DNA of 63,000 bases, filler included, from Gonapodya sp. JEL0774 (Eukaryota), in assembly GCA_027604505.1 (NCBI GenBank). It is 11 parts of 11 records of this genome, joined end to end, with 100 filler letters (N's around TTAATTAATTAA, not from the genome) between each part and the next. Parts side by side here need not be neighbours in the genome. Positions count along the whole stretch, not along the records: positions 57,389 to 63,000 come from JADIIX010000693.1; 10 more parts are not named here. The stretch is one strand, 5' to 3'. Made by a program: the position numbers and the translations under genes. Shown one piece after another: positions 61,865-63,000 of this stretch; the stretch's first letter is position 1, and each line of letters starts with the position of its first letter. The notes below the pieces were generated by a model. The model did not search any database, had not been told where the DNA came from, and worked only from the letters and a program-made list of their open reading frames with translations.

Positions 61865-63000
61865 TCACTCGCAATGACACGTCCTCTCTTTTTTTTTCTT
61901 TTGAGTTGGTGGCACTAACTGCTGGAACTGGTGCAAATTCTCTTTCAAAGTTGCTGCAACTGCTCTGTCCTCAGGATTGGTGTCGTCAAGGTTGCTCTCC
62001 TCACTAGAATCAGGATCTTTGCTTGGCTTTTTTGGCTGAGTGCTAGTGCGAGAGCGTTTCTTGCTGTTGGTACTGGTTTTCTGTACGTTTTTTGAATGAC
62101 GTGCCTTCTTCGCTTCTGCTGCCTTTGCTTTCTTTTCGGCCTTCTTTTCGCGCCTGCGATGGCCTTCAAGGGCTCTGCCGGTTACGCTTCGGTCTTGGTT
62201 TGTAAGTGGTACTCCTGATTTTTCTGCGATTTGCAAGCGAGCTATTGTTGCCATGTCAAGACGTCTAGCAAGTCTCACAGAAGTCACCAGAGGTTGCCGT
62301 TTGCTGAGTCGTGTGTGCTAAAGGGAGATTTTGGACAGGGGCACAGCGAACTGAGCAGAAATCACAAACCTGAGCATTTGCAGACTCTTGCCCATTCGTG
62401 TTCCTCGGTGCTTGTTTGAGAACTTCCACCGGAACCGCCGAGTATGCTGGGTAGATAGTTGCCCGGACATCTTCCCTCATCCAGAACTCACGTTTGGTAT
62501 GTAGACGAGGATACTGCTCTACAAGAGAATCCCAGAGTTGCTCCACTTGCGCTTGTGCCGTCTCGCCAGCTGGAATCTGTGCCATACTACATAGTTTCGC
62601 CTCGACATCCTTCGTTTCATCTTCTCGTTCTTCCAAGCTCTGCACACCTCTGGTAGCGTCAAGAGCAGCTTCATGCATGTTCCTATGTATTTGGGGTAGA
62701 CTGCAGATGTCAAGAATTCTTCGTCAAATTACCCAGACTGAATAGAACGTACCGATAGTAATGCACTACACATCCAATCCATGAAATCCTCTGGAAGTCC
62801 GAGACATCCACACCAAATATACTTCCTAAGGCAGTGGAGATGCCAGCACGCAGGCTTTGATCATGATCAGATGTGCATGTCAGGAGAGACTTGAAGTTCA
62901 ACGAATTGGTGTCTACAGTCTCAAAGTCGATAGTTCTGTCCTCCTGAATGTAATCAGAGTATCCAAATGTAAGGGGATGACCATACCCGCTACCTGTATG
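61865..63000 (-). mobile_element. Second Mutator-like DDE transposase, 3' part, spliced
   Basis: TSDHDQSLRAGI...GCVVHYYR (Asp plus CxxH), PRNTNGQESANAQ (Glu) and a Lys-rich tail; adjacent to the terminal-repeat cluster. Confidence 0.65.

Overview
This is not one locus. It is 11 unrelated ~5.6 kb contigs, sorted by length and joined by identical artificial 100-bp linkers (N44-TTAATTAATTAA-N44). The DNA is eukaryotic with many GT-AG introns, and the gene content is fungal; an early-diverging chytrid- or monoblepharid-like fungus is my inference. Exon structures were spliced by eye and family calls rest on motif recognition, not database searches. Highlight: a complete, spliced, catalytically intact multi-domain [FeFe]-hydrogenase (29347-33033) with a mitochondrial-type presequence and a His-rich insertion, in an assembly that also encodes O2/H2O2-dependent enzymes. 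Other notable items: an intron-containing, bacterial-looking LigE-type GST with a 1-bp frameshift; a secreted CX5R phosphatase; a duplicated last exon of an MFS transporter; a 4xCBM52-like + GH128 glucanase; a Zn-finger protein with tandem His-Me-like domains; two Mutator-like transposases; and a repeated motif plus stem in the RPS2 introns. Housekeeping-type genes include NUP192, ARG2, RPS2, a KDM4/Rph1-like demethylase, and Clr2-like, Arb2/FAM172-like, PAQR, amidase, amidohydrolase, EEP, DnaJ and Dabb proteins.
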